This document shows positions 17,282-29,416 of a stretch of 64,000 nucleotides of DNA, one piece after another. How positions within the stretch are numbered: the stretch's first letter is position 1; each line of letters opens with the position of its first letter. The DNA comes from Tagaea sp. Its GTDB lineage: Bacteria > Pseudomonadota > Alphaproteobacteria > CACIAM-22H2. The DNA lies in contig CBDIIB010000005.1 in assembly GCA_965279525.1 (NCBI GenBank), positions 1,056,001-1,120,000 of the forward strand. Reading direction: 5' to 3'. The notes beneath the pieces are model-generated. The model was not told where the DNA came from and made no database searches. It was given only the letters and a program-made list of their open reading frames with translations. The translations under genes were made by a program, and so were the position numbers.

Positions 17282-18415
17282 CTACAATCGTGGCGCGTGG
17301 ACCGCCATCCGGTCTGCGAAGCCCTTCAATTCGAATTCGCCAAGGGCGCGCAGCGGTCCCTCGACGAGGGCAGCGAAGTCGCCCGACATCACGATGGGCT
17401 CTTCGAGGGCGCCGCACAGCTTCTCGATGCGCGCGAGCAGGTTGACGTCGCGCCCGATGATCGTGAAGTCGAGCCGGTCGCCCGCACCGATGTTTCCATA
17501 CGCGACCTCGCCGACATGCAGCGCCATGCCCACGCGTCCGCCGCCGGCATCGTCGGACGCCAGCGCGGCTTTCGCCGCCGCAAGTGCGGCGGCACAGGCG
17601 GCCTTCGCATCGCGCGCGTCGGTGATCGGAAAGATGGCGAGCACGCCGTCGCCCATGAATTTCAGCACTTCGCCGCCCTCGGCCACGATGGCCGGTACGA
17701 CGCGGTCGAGATAGGCGTTGATCGCGGCGACCGTCGCCTCGGGTGTGCCGGCGTTGGCGAGCACCGTGAAGCCGCGCAGGTCGCTGACGAACAGGGCCGC
17801 GCGGATGCGCTTCACGTCGCCGCGCCTTATGGCGCCCTTGAGGATGCGCTCGGCGGGCTCCGAGCCCACATAGGCCTTCAGGATTTCCGACCACATGCGG
17901 TGGACGGCCTGGATGTTCATCACCGCGGCGAGGGTCGGGCGGATCGCGCGCAGCAGGGCGAGGTGTGCGGGCGAGAAACCACCCGGCTCGCGCGTGGAAT
18001 AGGAAATGCCGTTCAGCGGCTCGTTGCGGAACTTGAGCGGCATCATCAGGTAGTGGGTGTGGCCATCGTCGCGAAGTCCCGGCAGCAGGTCGTATTTCTC
18101 GATTTCCGGATCGTCGAGGTAGCGCTCGAACTCGGCGCCGGTTTCCTGCAGCACGTCGACGGAGTAGATTTTCGTCGCGTGCGTGATGACGGGATCGTCG
18201 AACGTGGCGCGGCGCAGGCGCATGTCGCTGCCCTGCTCCCACACGCGCATGGCGCCCACGAAGCGCGGATGCAGCGTCTCGACGATCGAGGCGACCCGCG
18301 CGACCGGCACGCCTTCGGCCAGCAGCTTGCCGGCAAGCTGCTCGATCAGCACGCCCATGTCGGGAAGATGGGCCGCTTCTTCGAGCAGCCAGTCGATGAC
18401 GCGGTTGGCATCCAT
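17282..18415 (-). CDS. Class III adenylate/guanylate cyclase with N-terminal GAF-like region
   Basis: SDLRGFT, VLKFMGDGVLAIF, GNIG...RLDFTIIGRDVNLLARIE, LKG. Confidence 0.9.
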   Translation of the reverse strand: MDANRVIDWLLEEAAHLPDMGVLIEQLAGKLLAEGVPVARVASIVETLHPRFVGAMRVWEQGSDMRLRRATFDDPVITHATKIYSVDVLQETGAEFERYLDDPEIEKYDLLPGLRDDGHTHYLMMPLKFRNEPLNGISYSTREPGGFSPAHLALLRAIRPTLAAVMNIQAVHRMWSEILKAYVGSEPAERILKGAIRRGDVKRIRAALFVSDLRGFTVLANAGTPEATVAAINAYLDRVVPAIVAEGGEVLKFMGDGVLAIFPITDARDAKAACAAALAAAKAALASDDAGGGRVGMALHVGEVAYGNIGAGDRLDFTIIGRDVNLLARIEKLCGALEEPIVMSGDFAALVEGPLRALGEFELKGFADRMAVHAPRL

Positions 18416-18417
18416 GT

Positions 18418-19323
18418 TCAGCGCCCTTTGAGCCAGAGGACGAGACCCGGCAGGCCGGCAGCGATCTGCGTCAGCCCGAAGGCGACCGATAGCGCGAGGG
18501 CTTCGCCCGCCGGCACGCCGACCAGCGCAAATCCTGCCACGGCTGCCCCTTCGCGCACACCCCAGCCGGCGAGCGAGATCGGCAGCGTGGTCAAGAGCAC
18601 GATGGGCGGGACAAGGACCAGGCACGCCGCGAAGCCGGCCGCGATGCCCAATGCCTGCGCCAGCAGCCACATCGTCGCGATCACGCCCAGATGCACGGCC
18701 ACCGCCAGCGCCACGATGTCGGGCCGCAAAAGCGCCGCGCGCAGGTCGCCGGCCAGCGCGGTGGCGAAACTCACGATCCGGCCCGGCGCGAACCGGCTCA
18801 GCAGGTGGCGCTCGGCGAGCGCCAGCAGGCCGAGGCCGGACAGCGTTCCGGCCACGAGCGCGCCGAGGAGGATGAGCAGGGCGGGATCGGGTGCCACTGT
18901 CGCCGTCAGCGGCAGGCACAGGGCGATGATCGCGACCAGCACGACGAGTGCCGTACCCCGGTCGACCAGCACGCCGCTGGCGGCGCGCGTGGCCGGCAGG
19001 CCGCGGCGTGCCGCAAGGGCGGCGCGCACGGCATCCCCGCCGATGGCCGAGGGCAGCGTCTGGCTGAAGAACTGGCCGATCAGCGCAAGCTCGATGGCAT
19101 CGCGCACGCCAAGGGGTGCCTCGATGGCCTGCTGGATGCGTGCCCAGCGCACGGCCGCGACGAGAAGCTGGGCCGCAAAAGCGCCGAGTGCTGCCAGCGT
19201 CCAGCCCGCATCGGCGGCACCAAGGCGTGCGCCAAGCGGTGCAAGATCGACGCGCGCGGCAAGCCAGGCGATCAGGCCAAGCGAGACCGCGAGCTTCAGG
19301 GAAAAGACGAGGAGCTTTTTCAA
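18418..19323 (-). CDS. Lysylphosphatidylglycerol synthase-like transmembrane (flippase) protein
   Basis: Hydrophobic; VRW, QTLPSAIGGDAVR, LPISLAGWGVRE. Confidence 0.85.
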   Translation of the reverse strand: MKKLLVFSLKLAVSLGLIAWLAARVDLAPLGARLGAADAGWTLAALGAFAAQLLVAAVRWARIQQAIEAPLGVRDAIELALIGQFFSQTLPSAIGGDAVRAALAARRGLPATRAASGVLVDRGTALVVLVAIIALCLPLTATVAPDPALLILLGALVAGTLSGLGLLALAERHLLSRFAPGRIVSFATALAGDLRAALLRPDIVALAVAVHLGVIATMWLLAQALGIAAGFAACLVLVPPIVLLTTLPISLAGWGVREGAAVAGFALVGVPAGEALALSVAFGLTQIAAGLPGLVLWLKGR

Positions 19324-19427
19324 GGGGGCGACCGGTCCCGAACATGGCGGCTGGCGGGACCGGACGCAAGACTTGACGAAAGCGGCCGCCCGACGGACTC
19401 ATAGGCAAAGCGGAGTACCCACGAAGC

Positions 19428-20408
19428 ATGTTCCGAGCACTCCTACTCGAACGGCAGGACGGCAAGTTCAGCGCGAAGATCGCGTCACTCGAGGATTCGG
19501 CGCTGCCCGAAGGCGACGTGACGGTCGCGGTCGCGTATTCGTCGCTGAATTACAAGGACGGCCTTGCCATCGCCGACAAGGGCAAGATCGTGCGCAGCTT
19601 CCCGATGGTGCCGGGCGTCGATTGGGCCGGCACGGTCGAAAGCTCGACGTCGACGTCGTTCAAGCCCGGCGACCGCGTGATCCTGACCGGCTGGGGCGTG
19701 GGCGAAAACTACTGGGGCGGCATGGCCGAGAAGGCGCGCGCCAAGGCCGAATGGCTCGTCAAGCTGCCGGCCGGCACCGACGAGAAATGGGCCATGTCGA
19801 TGGGCACGGCCGGCCTGACCGCGATGATGTGCGTGCATGCGCTCGAAGCCAACGGCATGCGACGCGAGCGCGAGGTGCTGGTGACCGGGGCTGCCGGCGG
19901 CGTGGGGTCCATCGCCGTGGCACTGCTCGCCAAGCTTGGCCACAAGGTCGTGGCCTCCACCGGGCGGCGCGAACTCGACGCCTATCTCAAATCGCTGGGT
20001 GCCACGTCGGTCATCGACCGCGCCGAACTTTCCAGACCCGGCCGGCCGCTCGAAAGCGAGCGCTGGGGCGCCGCGATCGACACGGTCGGCTCGACGACGC
20101 TGGCCGGCGTGCTCGCCGGCATGGCGCGGCGCGGTGCCGTCGCCGCATGCGGACTTGCCGGCGGGGCGGACCTTCCGACCACGGTGATGCCGTTCATCCT
20201 GCGCGGCGTGCGCCTGATCGGCATCGATTCGTCGCAATGCCCGATGGCCGAGCGCGAGGCCGCCTGGCGCAAGCTCGCAGCCTTGCTGCCTGACGGCCTG
20301 CCCGGCGAAGCGCTCGCCGTGTGCGGCCTCAACGACCTGCGCCACCGCGCCGACGACATCGTCGCCGGCCGGATCAAGGGCCGCACGATCGTGGACGTGA
20401 AGAAGTAG
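19428..20408 (+). CDS. acuI: MDR oxidoreductase, YhdH/AcuI (acryloyl-CoA reductase) family
   Basis: YSSLNYKDGLA, GTAGLTAM, VTGAAGGVGS, VMPFILRGV.LIGIDS. Confidence 0.9.
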   Translation: MFRALLLERQDGKFSAKIASLEDSALPEGDVTVAVAYSSLNYKDGLAIADKGKIVRSFPMVPGVDWAGTVESSTSTSFKPGDRVILTGWGVGENYWGGMAEKARAKAEWLVKLPAGTDEKWAMSMGTAGLTAMMCVHALEANGMRREREVLVTGAAGGVGSIAVALLAKLGHKVVASTGRRELDAYLKSLGATSVIDRAELSRPGRPLESERWGAAIDTVGSTTLAGVLAGMARRGAVAACGLAGGADLPTTVMPFILRGVRLIGIDSSQCPMAEREAAWRKLAALLPDGLPGEALAVCGLNDLRHRADDIVAGRIKGRTIVDVKK

Positions 20409-20411
20409 ATC

Positions 20412-20843
20412 ATGGATCGCGATCGCGAAAATTCCGACGGCCCTTCCCAGCGCCAGCTGCGCGTGGGCGAGGCGCTGCGCCGGGCACTTACGGAAGTTTT
20501 GCTCGACGGGCATTTCCGCGATCCCGACCTGCAGGGCGTATCGATCACCGTCAGCGAAGTGCGCGCGACCCCCGACCTCAAGCACGCGACCGCGTTCGTC
20601 ACCACGCTGGGCGGCGGCAATGTCGAGACGGCGATCACGGCGCTGGGCCGGGCACGCGCCTATATCCGCCACGAGATCGCGCGGCGCGTGGATCTGCGCC
20701 AGGCGCCCGAATGGCATTTCCGGCGCGACACCGCGTTCGAGCATGCCGAGAAGATCGACCGCGCCTTCCGCGACCCTAAGGTCGCGATGGACGTGAGCGT
20801 TCCGCCGCCGCCAGCGCCCAAGCGCAAGCCGCGCAAGAAGTGA
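20412..20843 (+). CDS. rbfA: 30S ribosome-binding factor A
   Basis: SQRQLRVGE, TVSEVR.TPDLKHAT, LR.APE..FRRD..F. Confidence 0.93.
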   Translation: MDRDRENSDGPSQRQLRVGEALRRALTEVLLDGHFRDPDLQGVSITVSEVRATPDLKHATAFVTTLGGGNVETAITALGRARAYIRHEIARRVDLRQAPEWHFRRDTAFEHAEKIDRAFRDPKVAMDVSVPPPPAPKRKPRKK

Positions 20844-21751
20844 GCGGGAAGTCGACGCGCGAGAAGGTCGACGGCTGGGTCATCCTCGACAAGCCGGTCG
20901 GCCCGTCCTCCACGCAGGCGCTGGGCCGCGTGAAGCGGATCTTCAACGCGGCCAAGGGCGGGCATGCCGGCACGCTCGACCCGCTCGCCTCGGGCGTGCT
21001 GCCCATCGCGTTGGGCGAAGCCACCAAGACGCTGGCGCACTTCGCCGACGGCACGAAGGAATACGAGTTCACGGTCCGCTGGGGGATCGCCACGGCCAGC
21101 GACGATGCCGAGGGCGCGGTCACGGCCACCAGCGATGCCCGCCCGGCGCAGGGCTCCATTGCGGCGGCCCTGCCTGCCTTCACGGGCGAGATCGACCAGA
21201 CCCCGCCGGTCTATTCGGCGATCAAGATCGAGGGGATGCGCGCCTATGCTCTTGCCCGGGCCGGCGAGGAAGTCGCGATGAAATCGCGCAAGGTGCTGAT
21301 TCACAAGCTGGAACTGCTTGAAATGCCGTCGCCGGACGAGGCCCGCCTGCGGCTTTCCTGCGGCTCCGGCACCTATGTGCGCAGCCTGGCGCGGGACCTG
21401 GCGGTCGCCTTGGGCACCGTCGGGCATGTCACGGCGCTGCGCCGGACGGCGGTGGGCCGGTTCCGCATCGAATCGGCTATTTCACTGGAAAAGCTGGAGG
21501 GCTTTGGGCATAGTCCCGCCCGCTTTGGGGCCCTCGCCCCGGTCGAGACCGTGCTGGACGACATCCCGGCTCTGGCCCTGACCGCGGAAGAAGCCGCTGC
21601 CCTTCGACAGGGACGCGTCTTGCGAGACCCCCGCGCGGAACATTCCCCGCCCGAGCCCGGCACGCTGGCTGTCTTCACCGACGGCAAGCTCGTCGCACTC
21701 GCCGAGGGGGGCGACGGTTTTCTCCGTCCCGCGCGCGTCTTCAACCTCTAG
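20840..21751 (+). CDS. truB: tRNA pseudouridine(55) synthase
   Basis: LDKP.G.SS, GHAGTLDPLASGVL, PPVYSAIK, GTYVRSLARD. Confidence 0.96.
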   Translation: MSGKSTREKVDGWVILDKPVGPSSTQALGRVKRIFNAAKGGHAGTLDPLASGVLPIALGEATKTLAHFADGTKEYEFTVRWGIATASDDAEGAVTATSDARPAQGSIAAALPAFTGEIDQTPPVYSAIKIEGMRAYALARAGEEVAMKSRKVLIHKLELLEMPSPDEARLRLSCGSGTYVRSLARDLAVALGTVGHVTALRRTAVGRFRIESAISLEKLEGFGHSPARFGALAPVETVLDDIPALALTAEEAAALRQGRVLRDPRAEHSPPEPGTLAVFTDGKLVALAEGGDGFLRPARVFNL

Positions 21752-21768
21752 GGTCCAAGGAGTGACCG

Positions 21769-22038
21769 ATGTCGATGAACGCCGAGCGCAAGAGCGCGAT
21801 CGTATCCTCGTACGCCATCAAGAAGGGCGATACGGGTTCCCCGGAAGTGCAGGTCGCCCTGCTGTCCGAGCGTATCAAGGAGCTCTCCGAGCACCTGACG
21901 ACGCACAAGAAGGATTTCCATTCGCGCCGCGGCCTGCTGATGATGGTCGGCCAGCGTCGTGCCCTGCTCGACTATCTCAAGCGCAAGGACACCAAGCGCT
22001 ACGAGACGCTGATCGGGCGCCTCGAGCTGCGCCGCTGA
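21769..22038 (+). CDS. rpsO: 30S ribosomal protein S15
   Basis: [22 protein letters not shown]; AAGGAG RBS. Confidence 0.98.
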   Translation: MSMNAERKSAIVSSYAIKKGDTGSPEVQVALLSERIKELSEHLTTHKKDFHSRRGLLMMVGQRRALLDYLKRKDTKRYETLIGRLELRR

Positions 22039-22083
22039 AGCCGGCCGCTTGAAGCCCATCGCTTGAAGACTGCAATCCCGAAC

Positions 22084-22128
22084 GACGCGCCGCGCATGCA
22101 CCCGAGGCGGGTGCCGGTGCGGCGCGTC
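22084..22128 (+). promoter_or_regulatory. Long stem-loop in the rpsO-pnp intergenic leader
   Basis: GACGCGCCGC (22084-93) pairs with GCGGCGCGTC (22119-28); inner GCACCCG-AGG-CGGGTGC. Confidence 0.6.
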
Positions 22129-22330
22129 TTCGTTTCCGACCCTTCAGAACCAAATCCCCGCGCGGCGGTCCATCGTACGACGCCGCGCATCGATAATCCG
22201 ACGTCCCGAAAAACTGGGGCGGTGTCGGTTGGGGCGAGTGCCATCCGGGCATTCGCGACCGGCACCACGTCGCGCGCATCAACGGGTGCGCGCCGGCGGG
22301 TCCGTACGCGGCAAGAAAGAGAGTAGAAAA

Positions 22331-24463
<2,133 letters not shown>

Positions 24464-24488
24464 GGGCGGCCACGGCCGAAACGACCCG

Positions 24489-24530
24489 AACCCCCCGCCG
24501 GACACGGATTCCGGCGGGGGGTTTTTCTTT
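24489..24530 (+). terminator. Rho-independent terminator after pnp
   Basis: AACCCCCCGCCGGA-loop-TCCGGCGGGGGGTT followed by TTTCTTT. Confidence 0.9.
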
Positions 24531-24542
24531 CAAGGACACGCA

Positions 24543-25286
24543 ATGCAAGCCAATCCTCCCCGCATCGTCGGCCACCGCGGCGCCAAGGCCGTCACGCCGG
24601 AGAACACGCTCGTCGCGTTCCGCCGCGCGCACGAAGACGGGGCAAGCTGGGTCGAGTTCGACGCCAAGCTGACGAAGGACGGCCACGTCATCATCCTGCA
24701 CGACGCCACGCTCGAGCGGACGACCGACGGCAAGGGCAACGTCGCGGACCGCACGCTGGCCGAGCTCAAGGCGCTCGACGCCGGCAAGTGGTTCGCCCCC
24801 GAGTTCGCCGGCGAGCGCATCCCCACGCTGGTCGAATCGATGGCGCTGTTCATGGAACTGGGCATGGGCTTCAACATCGAGGTCAAGCCGTGCCCCGGCC
24901 GCGAGGCCGAGACCGCGCGCGCTTGCTGCGAACTGATCGACCGCCACTGGCCGAAGACGGCACCCGTGCCCGTATTGTCGAGCTTCAAGCGCGCGTCGCT
25001 GGAAGCCGCACGCGACGCCGCCCCGCATATCCCGCGCGGCTATCTGGCCGAGGAACTCGGCAAGACGTGGCGGGCCGACGTCGAAGCGCTGGGCTGCGTT
25101 GCCGTGCATCCGGGCTGGAAGCTGCTGACCCGCCAACAGGTGCGCGACATCAAGGCCGCGGGCCTGAAGGCGCTGGTGTGGACGGTCAACGAACCCGAAC
25201 GCGCGCGCGAGCTGGTCGCGTGGGGCGTGGACAGCATCATCACCGACGATCCCCGGGCGGTCGGGGCCGCATTCGCCGTCGCCTGA
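24543..25286 (+). CDS. ugpQ: Glycerophosphodiester phosphodiesterase
   Basis: GHRGA, PENTL, VEFD, HDATLERTT, NIEVK, WTVN, IITD. Confidence 0.92.
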   Translation: MQANPPRIVGHRGAKAVTPENTLVAFRRAHEDGASWVEFDAKLTKDGHVIILHDATLERTTDGKGNVADRTLAELKALDAGKWFAPEFAGERIPTLVESMALFMELGMGFNIEVKPCPGREAETARACCELIDRHWPKTAPVPVLSSFKRASLEAARDAAPHIPRGYLAEELGKTWRADVEALGCVAVHPGWKLLTRQQVRDIKAAGLKALVWTVNEPERARELVAWGVDSIITDDPRAVGAAFAVA

Positions 25287-25328
25287 CGGGTGCATTCGCT
25301 TTGCGGTTTCTGCAAGGCGTGAGGATGA

Positions 25329-26276
25329 TCAGCGGAAGACGCCGGCCTCGATGCTCTTGAACGACCGCGCGAGATCCGCGAGCAGCCGCTTGGCGGCACT
25401 GCCGAGCGTGCGCGAGCGGCGGCGGCACAGGCACATCCGCGTATCGGTCTTTTCGGCACCCGCGAGATCGACCATCACGAGACGTTCTTCCGAGCGCGTG
25501 CCGTGCAGCGTCAGCTCCGGAACAATGGCCGCCCCCACGCCCGACAGCGCGTAAGCCTTCAGGGCCGCGATCGAATTGACGGTGAGCTGCGGCTGCATGC
25601 CGGCCATCGCGTCGGGCAGCAGCGAATTGAACGCGAGCCGGCTCGAATACGAGGCCGGCAGGGCCGCGAAGGGCACGGCGGCAAGCTCCGTGGCGTCGAT
25701 GCGCCGGCGCGTGGCGAGCGGGTGGTTCGGGCTCACCAGCACCGCGACGCGGTTGCCGCGCTCGGCGACGATCTCGATGTCGGCGTGTCGCGGCACCGTG
25801 AGGATCAGGGCGAAGTCGCCGCTGTCCTCGACGAGTGCGCGCTCGGCCTGCCGGCCGGCAGCGACCACGACGTCGAACTTCACGTTCGGATAGAGCCCCG
25901 CCGTCCGCACGACCTGGGGCATCAGGAAGTGCTCGACGAGCGACTGCGACACGAAGACCTTCACGGTGCCGCGTTCAGTCGAGTCCGCGTCGTCGATGTC
26001 GGTGGCGAGGCGCTCCATGCGCGCGATCATGTCGCGCGCGGCCGCCACCACGAGGTAGCCCGCATCGGTCGGCCGCATGCCGCGCGAGTGGCGCTCGAAC
26101 AGCCGGCAGCCGAGTTCGTGCTCGAGCTGGGCGATCTTCCGGCTGAGCGACGGCGAGGTGAGGTTCGCGAGCTGTGCCGCCGCGACGGTCGAGCCGTGGT
26201 CGGCGATCAGCACGACGTAGCGCAGCACTTCGAGCGGCAGCCGGGGCAGCACCCCGACGATCTTGGATCGACCCAT
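25329..26276 (-). CDS. LysR family transcriptional regulator
   Basis: HTH GSTVAAAQLANLTSPSLSRKIAQLE..LG..LFER; divergent from the tct operon. Confidence 0.92.
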   Translation of the reverse strand: MGRSKIVGVLPRLPLEVLRYVVLIADHGSTVAAAQLANLTSPSLSRKIAQLEHELGCRLFERHSRGMRPTDAGYLVVAAARDMIARMERLATDIDDADSTERGTVKVFVSQSLVEHFLMPQVVRTAGLYPNVKFDVVVAAGRQAERALVEDSGDFALILTVPRHADIEIVAERGNRVAVLVSPNHPLATRRRIDATELAAVPFAALPASYSSRLAFNSLLPDAMAGMQPQLTVNSIAALKAYALSGVGAAIVPELTLHGTRSEERLVMVDLAGAEKTDTRMCLCRRRSRTLGSAAKRLLADLARSFKSIEAGVFR

Positions 26277-26406
26277 TGCAGCTCCGTCGGCATTTCGATC
26301 CGGTTTGCAGGATCTGCAAACCTCTTGTGAACATACGCTAGTTGTCAACCGGGGTCACCGAACCGATTTTCGACGAAGCCGTCACAAGAATATTGGGAGG
26401 AAAACC

Positions 26407-27408
26407 ATGACCCGCTTTTCCGGCATCCTGTCCGCCCGCGCCGCGGCCGGGCTCGGCCTCGCCGCAGCTCTGGCGTTCGGCACCCCGACCACCCCCGCTC
26501 TCGCCCAGGGCAAGCAGCCTGCGGGACCGATCGACATCTCGGTCGGCGCCAGCCCCGGCGGCTCGCCGGACGTCGTGATGCGCTTCGTCGCCAAGGTCAT
26601 CGCCGACGAGAAGATCACGTCGGTCCCGATCGTCATCCAGAACCGGCCCGGCGGCTCGGGCGCGACCAGCTACAACCACGTGCTCGGGCGCAGCGGCGAC
26701 CAGAACCTCGTGCTGACGCTCAACCAGTCGAGCTTCACGACGCCGATGATGCAGGGCACGCCGTCGGTCCTCGACCGTCTCGTGCCGGTCGCCGACTTCA
26801 TCCAGTCCGACCTCGTGTTCCTTGTGCGCCCCAACGCGCCCTACCAGAACCTGCAGGGCTTCATGGCGGCGGCGAAGGCCGCCCCCCGCCAGATCCGCAT
26901 CGCCGGCGCGCAGGCCGGCGGCACCGACCATCTGGCGACGGCGCTGTTCATGAAGGCGGGCGGCGTGCAGCTCACCTACGTTCCCTTCGACAGCGGCTCG
27001 GTCGCGCTCTCGACCTTCATGGGCGGCAATGTCGAGGGCGTCTTCGCCACCCTCGAGGAAGGCGTGCCGCTGATCAGCACCGGCCGTGCCAAGCCGCTGG
27101 CCGTGCTCGCGGCCCAGCGCCGGACCGAGCCGGAGTACAAGGACGTCCCGACCGCCAAGGAACAGGGCTACGACATCGAGTTCGGCCAGTCCTGGGGCAT
27201 GGCGCTGCCGGGCGGCGTCGATCCGCAGGTCGCAGTGTGGTGGGACGGCGTGATGCGCAAAGTCGTCGCGTCCAAGCAGTGGCAGGACTCGGTCAAGTCG
27301 AAGTTCCAGCGCAGCGAGTACTACGGCCTCGACCGCATCAAGGCGCGTCACGCGGAGCTCGCCAAGCTCTACGGCGACCTGATGCGCGACGTCGGACTGG
27401 CGAAGTGA
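26407..27408 (+). CDS. tctC: Tripartite tricarboxylate transporter substrate-binding protein (Bug/TctC)
   Basis: Signal peptide; PGGSPD, NRPGGSG, VPTAKEQG; GGGAGG RBS. Confidence 0.9.
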   Translation: MTRFSGILSARAAAGLGLAAALAFGTPTTPALAQGKQPAGPIDISVGASPGGSPDVVMRFVAKVIADEKITSVPIVIQNRPGGSGATSYNHVLGRSGDQNLVLTLNQSSFTTPMMQGTPSVLDRLVPVADFIQSDLVFLVRPNAPYQNLQGFMAAAKAAPRQIRIAGAQAGGTDHLATALFMKAGGVQLTYVPFDSGSVALSTFMGGNVEGVFATLEEGVPLISTGRAKPLAVLAAQRRTEPEYKDVPTAKEQGYDIEFGQSWGMALPGGVDPQVAVWWDGVMRKVVASKQWQDSVKSKFQRSEYYGLDRIKARHAELAKLYGDLMRDVGLAK

Positions 27409-27442
27409 GGCAACGGGCGGCGGTACGACGCGAAGGTCCGCC

Positions 27443-27898
27443 ATGCGGCTGAGCGTCGCCGTCGCCGCCTTTGCGGTCCTGGGCGTGTCGGCGACGGTCG
27501 TCGCCGACACCGCCCATCTCGACGTCTGGGACGGCTTCACGGCCGGGCCTGCCTTTTTCCCGCTCCTCGTCGGCGTCGGTGCGGCCGGGCTCGCGGTGGC
27601 ATTGCTCGTCCAGATCTTTCAGGGGCGCGATGCGCCGCTGGCCGAGGGATGGCCCGAAGGTCCGGGCCTGCGCCGGGTCGCTTCCGTCTACGCCACACTG
27701 GTCGCGTTCGCGCTGCTGGTTCCGGTCGCCGGCATGCTCGCGGCGGCGGCGGCGATGGTCGCCTTCATCACCGTGGTCATCCTGCGCCGCCCCGTGATCA
27801 CGGGCCTCGGTGCGACGGCCGCCAGCGTCGCGTTCCTGTGGCTGGTGTTCGCACGCTGGCTGGCTTTGCCGCTGCCCAAGGGCCCGTGGGGATTCTAG
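27443..27898 (+). CDS. tctB: TTT small membrane subunit
   Basis: GPAFFP, C-terminal F..WLALPLPKG. Confidence 0.88.
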   Translation: MRLSVAVAAFAVLGVSATVVADTAHLDVWDGFTAGPAFFPLLVGVGAAGLAVALLVQIFQGRDAPLAEGWPEGPGLRRVASVYATLVAFALLVPVAGMLAAAAAMVAFITVVILRRPVITGLGATAASVAFLWLVFARWLALPLPKGPWGF

Positions 27899-27905
27899 AT
27901 CCGGC

Positions 27906-29405
27906 ATGGAAAATCTCGACCTCCTCTGGCAGGGCTTCGCCGTCGCGACGACGCCGGCCAACCTGTTCTTCCTCGTCCTCGGCGTGGTGCTCGGCCAGAT
28001 CATCGGCGCGCTGCCGGGAATCGGGCCGGCGGCCGGCATGGCGCTGCTGCTGCCCTTCACCTATTCGATGGCGCCGGTCTCCGGCGTCATCATGCTTGCC
28101 GGCATCATGTATGGCGGCATGTATGGCGGGACGCTGACCTCGGTCCTCGTCAACGTGCCCGGCGAATCGTCGAGCCTGATGACCGCCGTCGACGGCCACC
28201 AGCTCGCCCGCAAGGGCCGCGCGGGGGCCGCCCTCAGCGTCGCGGCCATCGGTTCGTTCGTCGCCGGCATCGCGTCGGTGACCGCACTGGTGTTCGTCGC
28301 ACCGCCGCTCAGCGAGTTCGCCCTCAATTTCAGCTCGCCCGAGTATTTCCTGCTCGCGGCACTGGGCATCTGCGCCACCGCCAGCCTCGGCAGCGCCTCG
28401 GCGGTCAAGGCACTGCTCGCCGCCGCGGTCGGCCTGACGATCGCGCTGGTCGGCGTCGATCCGATCGTCGGCATGCCGCGCCTGACCTTCGGCGTGTCGC
28501 AGCTGATCGAGGGGATCGACTTCCTGCCGGTGGCGATCGGCCTGTTCGGGATCGCCGAGATCCTCGCGTCGCTCGAACGCGTGCATGCCATCCAGCCGAT
28601 CCGCACGCGCCTGCGCGACATGTGGATCACCGCCGAGGAATGGACGGACAGCCGCTTCGCGATCGTGCGGGGGACCCTGGTGGGGTTCATCGTCGGCGTC
28701 ATGCCGGGGGCGGGGCCGACGATCGCGTCGATGATGGCCTACGTCACCGAACGGCGCTTCAGCCGCAAGCCCGAGCGCTTCGGCAACGGCGCCATCGACG
28801 GTCTCGCGGCGGCGGAATCGGCGAACAATTCGGCCGCACAGAGCGCGCTTGCACCCATGCTCGCCCTCGGCATCCCCGGCTCGACGAGCACCGCGGTCCT
28901 GCTGGCGGCCCTGATCCTGCTCGGCATCCGGCCCGGACCCGGGCTGATGACCGAGCAGCCCGACCTCGTCTGGGGGCTGATGGCCAGCATGTTCCTGGGC
29001 AATCTCGTGCTGCTGGTGATCAACCTGCCGCTCGCACCCCTCTTCGCCTCCTTGCTGCGGATCCCCTACGCCTATCTGGCGCCGGCGATCCTCGCGGTCT
29101 CGCTGTTCGGCGCGTATTCGAGCTCGCTCAGCCTGTTCCCCGTGATCGTGGCGCTGATCTTCGGCGCCGTGGGCTGGCTGATGATCAAGCTCGATTTTCC
29201 CCGTGCACCGCTTGTCCTCGCCCTCGTGCTTGCACCGCTGCTGGAAAGCTCGCTGCGCCAGTCGCTGCTGCTGTCGCTCGGCAGCCCCGCGATCTTCGTC
29301 GAGCGGCCGATCTCCGCGATCCTGTCGTGCGCGCTTGTCGCGACCCTCGTCTGGCCGGCCGTCGCGGCGTTCCGCCGCCGTCGCGCGCGCGCCGCCATCA
29401 CCTGA
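27906..29405 (+). CDS. tctA: TTT large membrane subunit
   Basis: GALPGIG, YGGMYGG, NVPGE, ESANNS, LGIPG, PGP. Confidence 0.93.
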   Translation: MENLDLLWQGFAVATTPANLFFLVLGVVLGQIIGALPGIGPAAGMALLLPFTYSMAPVSGVIMLAGIMYGGMYGGTLTSVLVNVPGESSSLMTAVDGHQLARKGRAGAALSVAAIGSFVAGIASVTALVFVAPPLSEFALNFSSPEYFLLAALGICATASLGSASAVKALLAAAVGLTIALVGVDPIVGMPRLTFGVSQLIEGIDFLPVAIGLFGIAEILASLERVHAIQPIRTRLRDMWITAEEWTDSRFAIVRGTLVGFIVGVMPGAGPTIASMMAYVTERRFSRKPERFGNGAIDGLAAAESANNSAAQSALAPMLALGIPGSTSTAVLLAALILLGIRPGPGLMTEQPDLVWGLMASMFLGNLVLLVINLPLAPLFASLLRIPYAYLAPAILAVSLFGAYSSSLSLFPVIVALIFGAVGWLMIKLDFPRAPLVLALVLAPLLESSLRQSLLLSLGSPAIFVERPISAILSCALVATLVWPAVAAFRRRRARAAIT

Positions 29406-29416
29406 AAGGCCGACCG

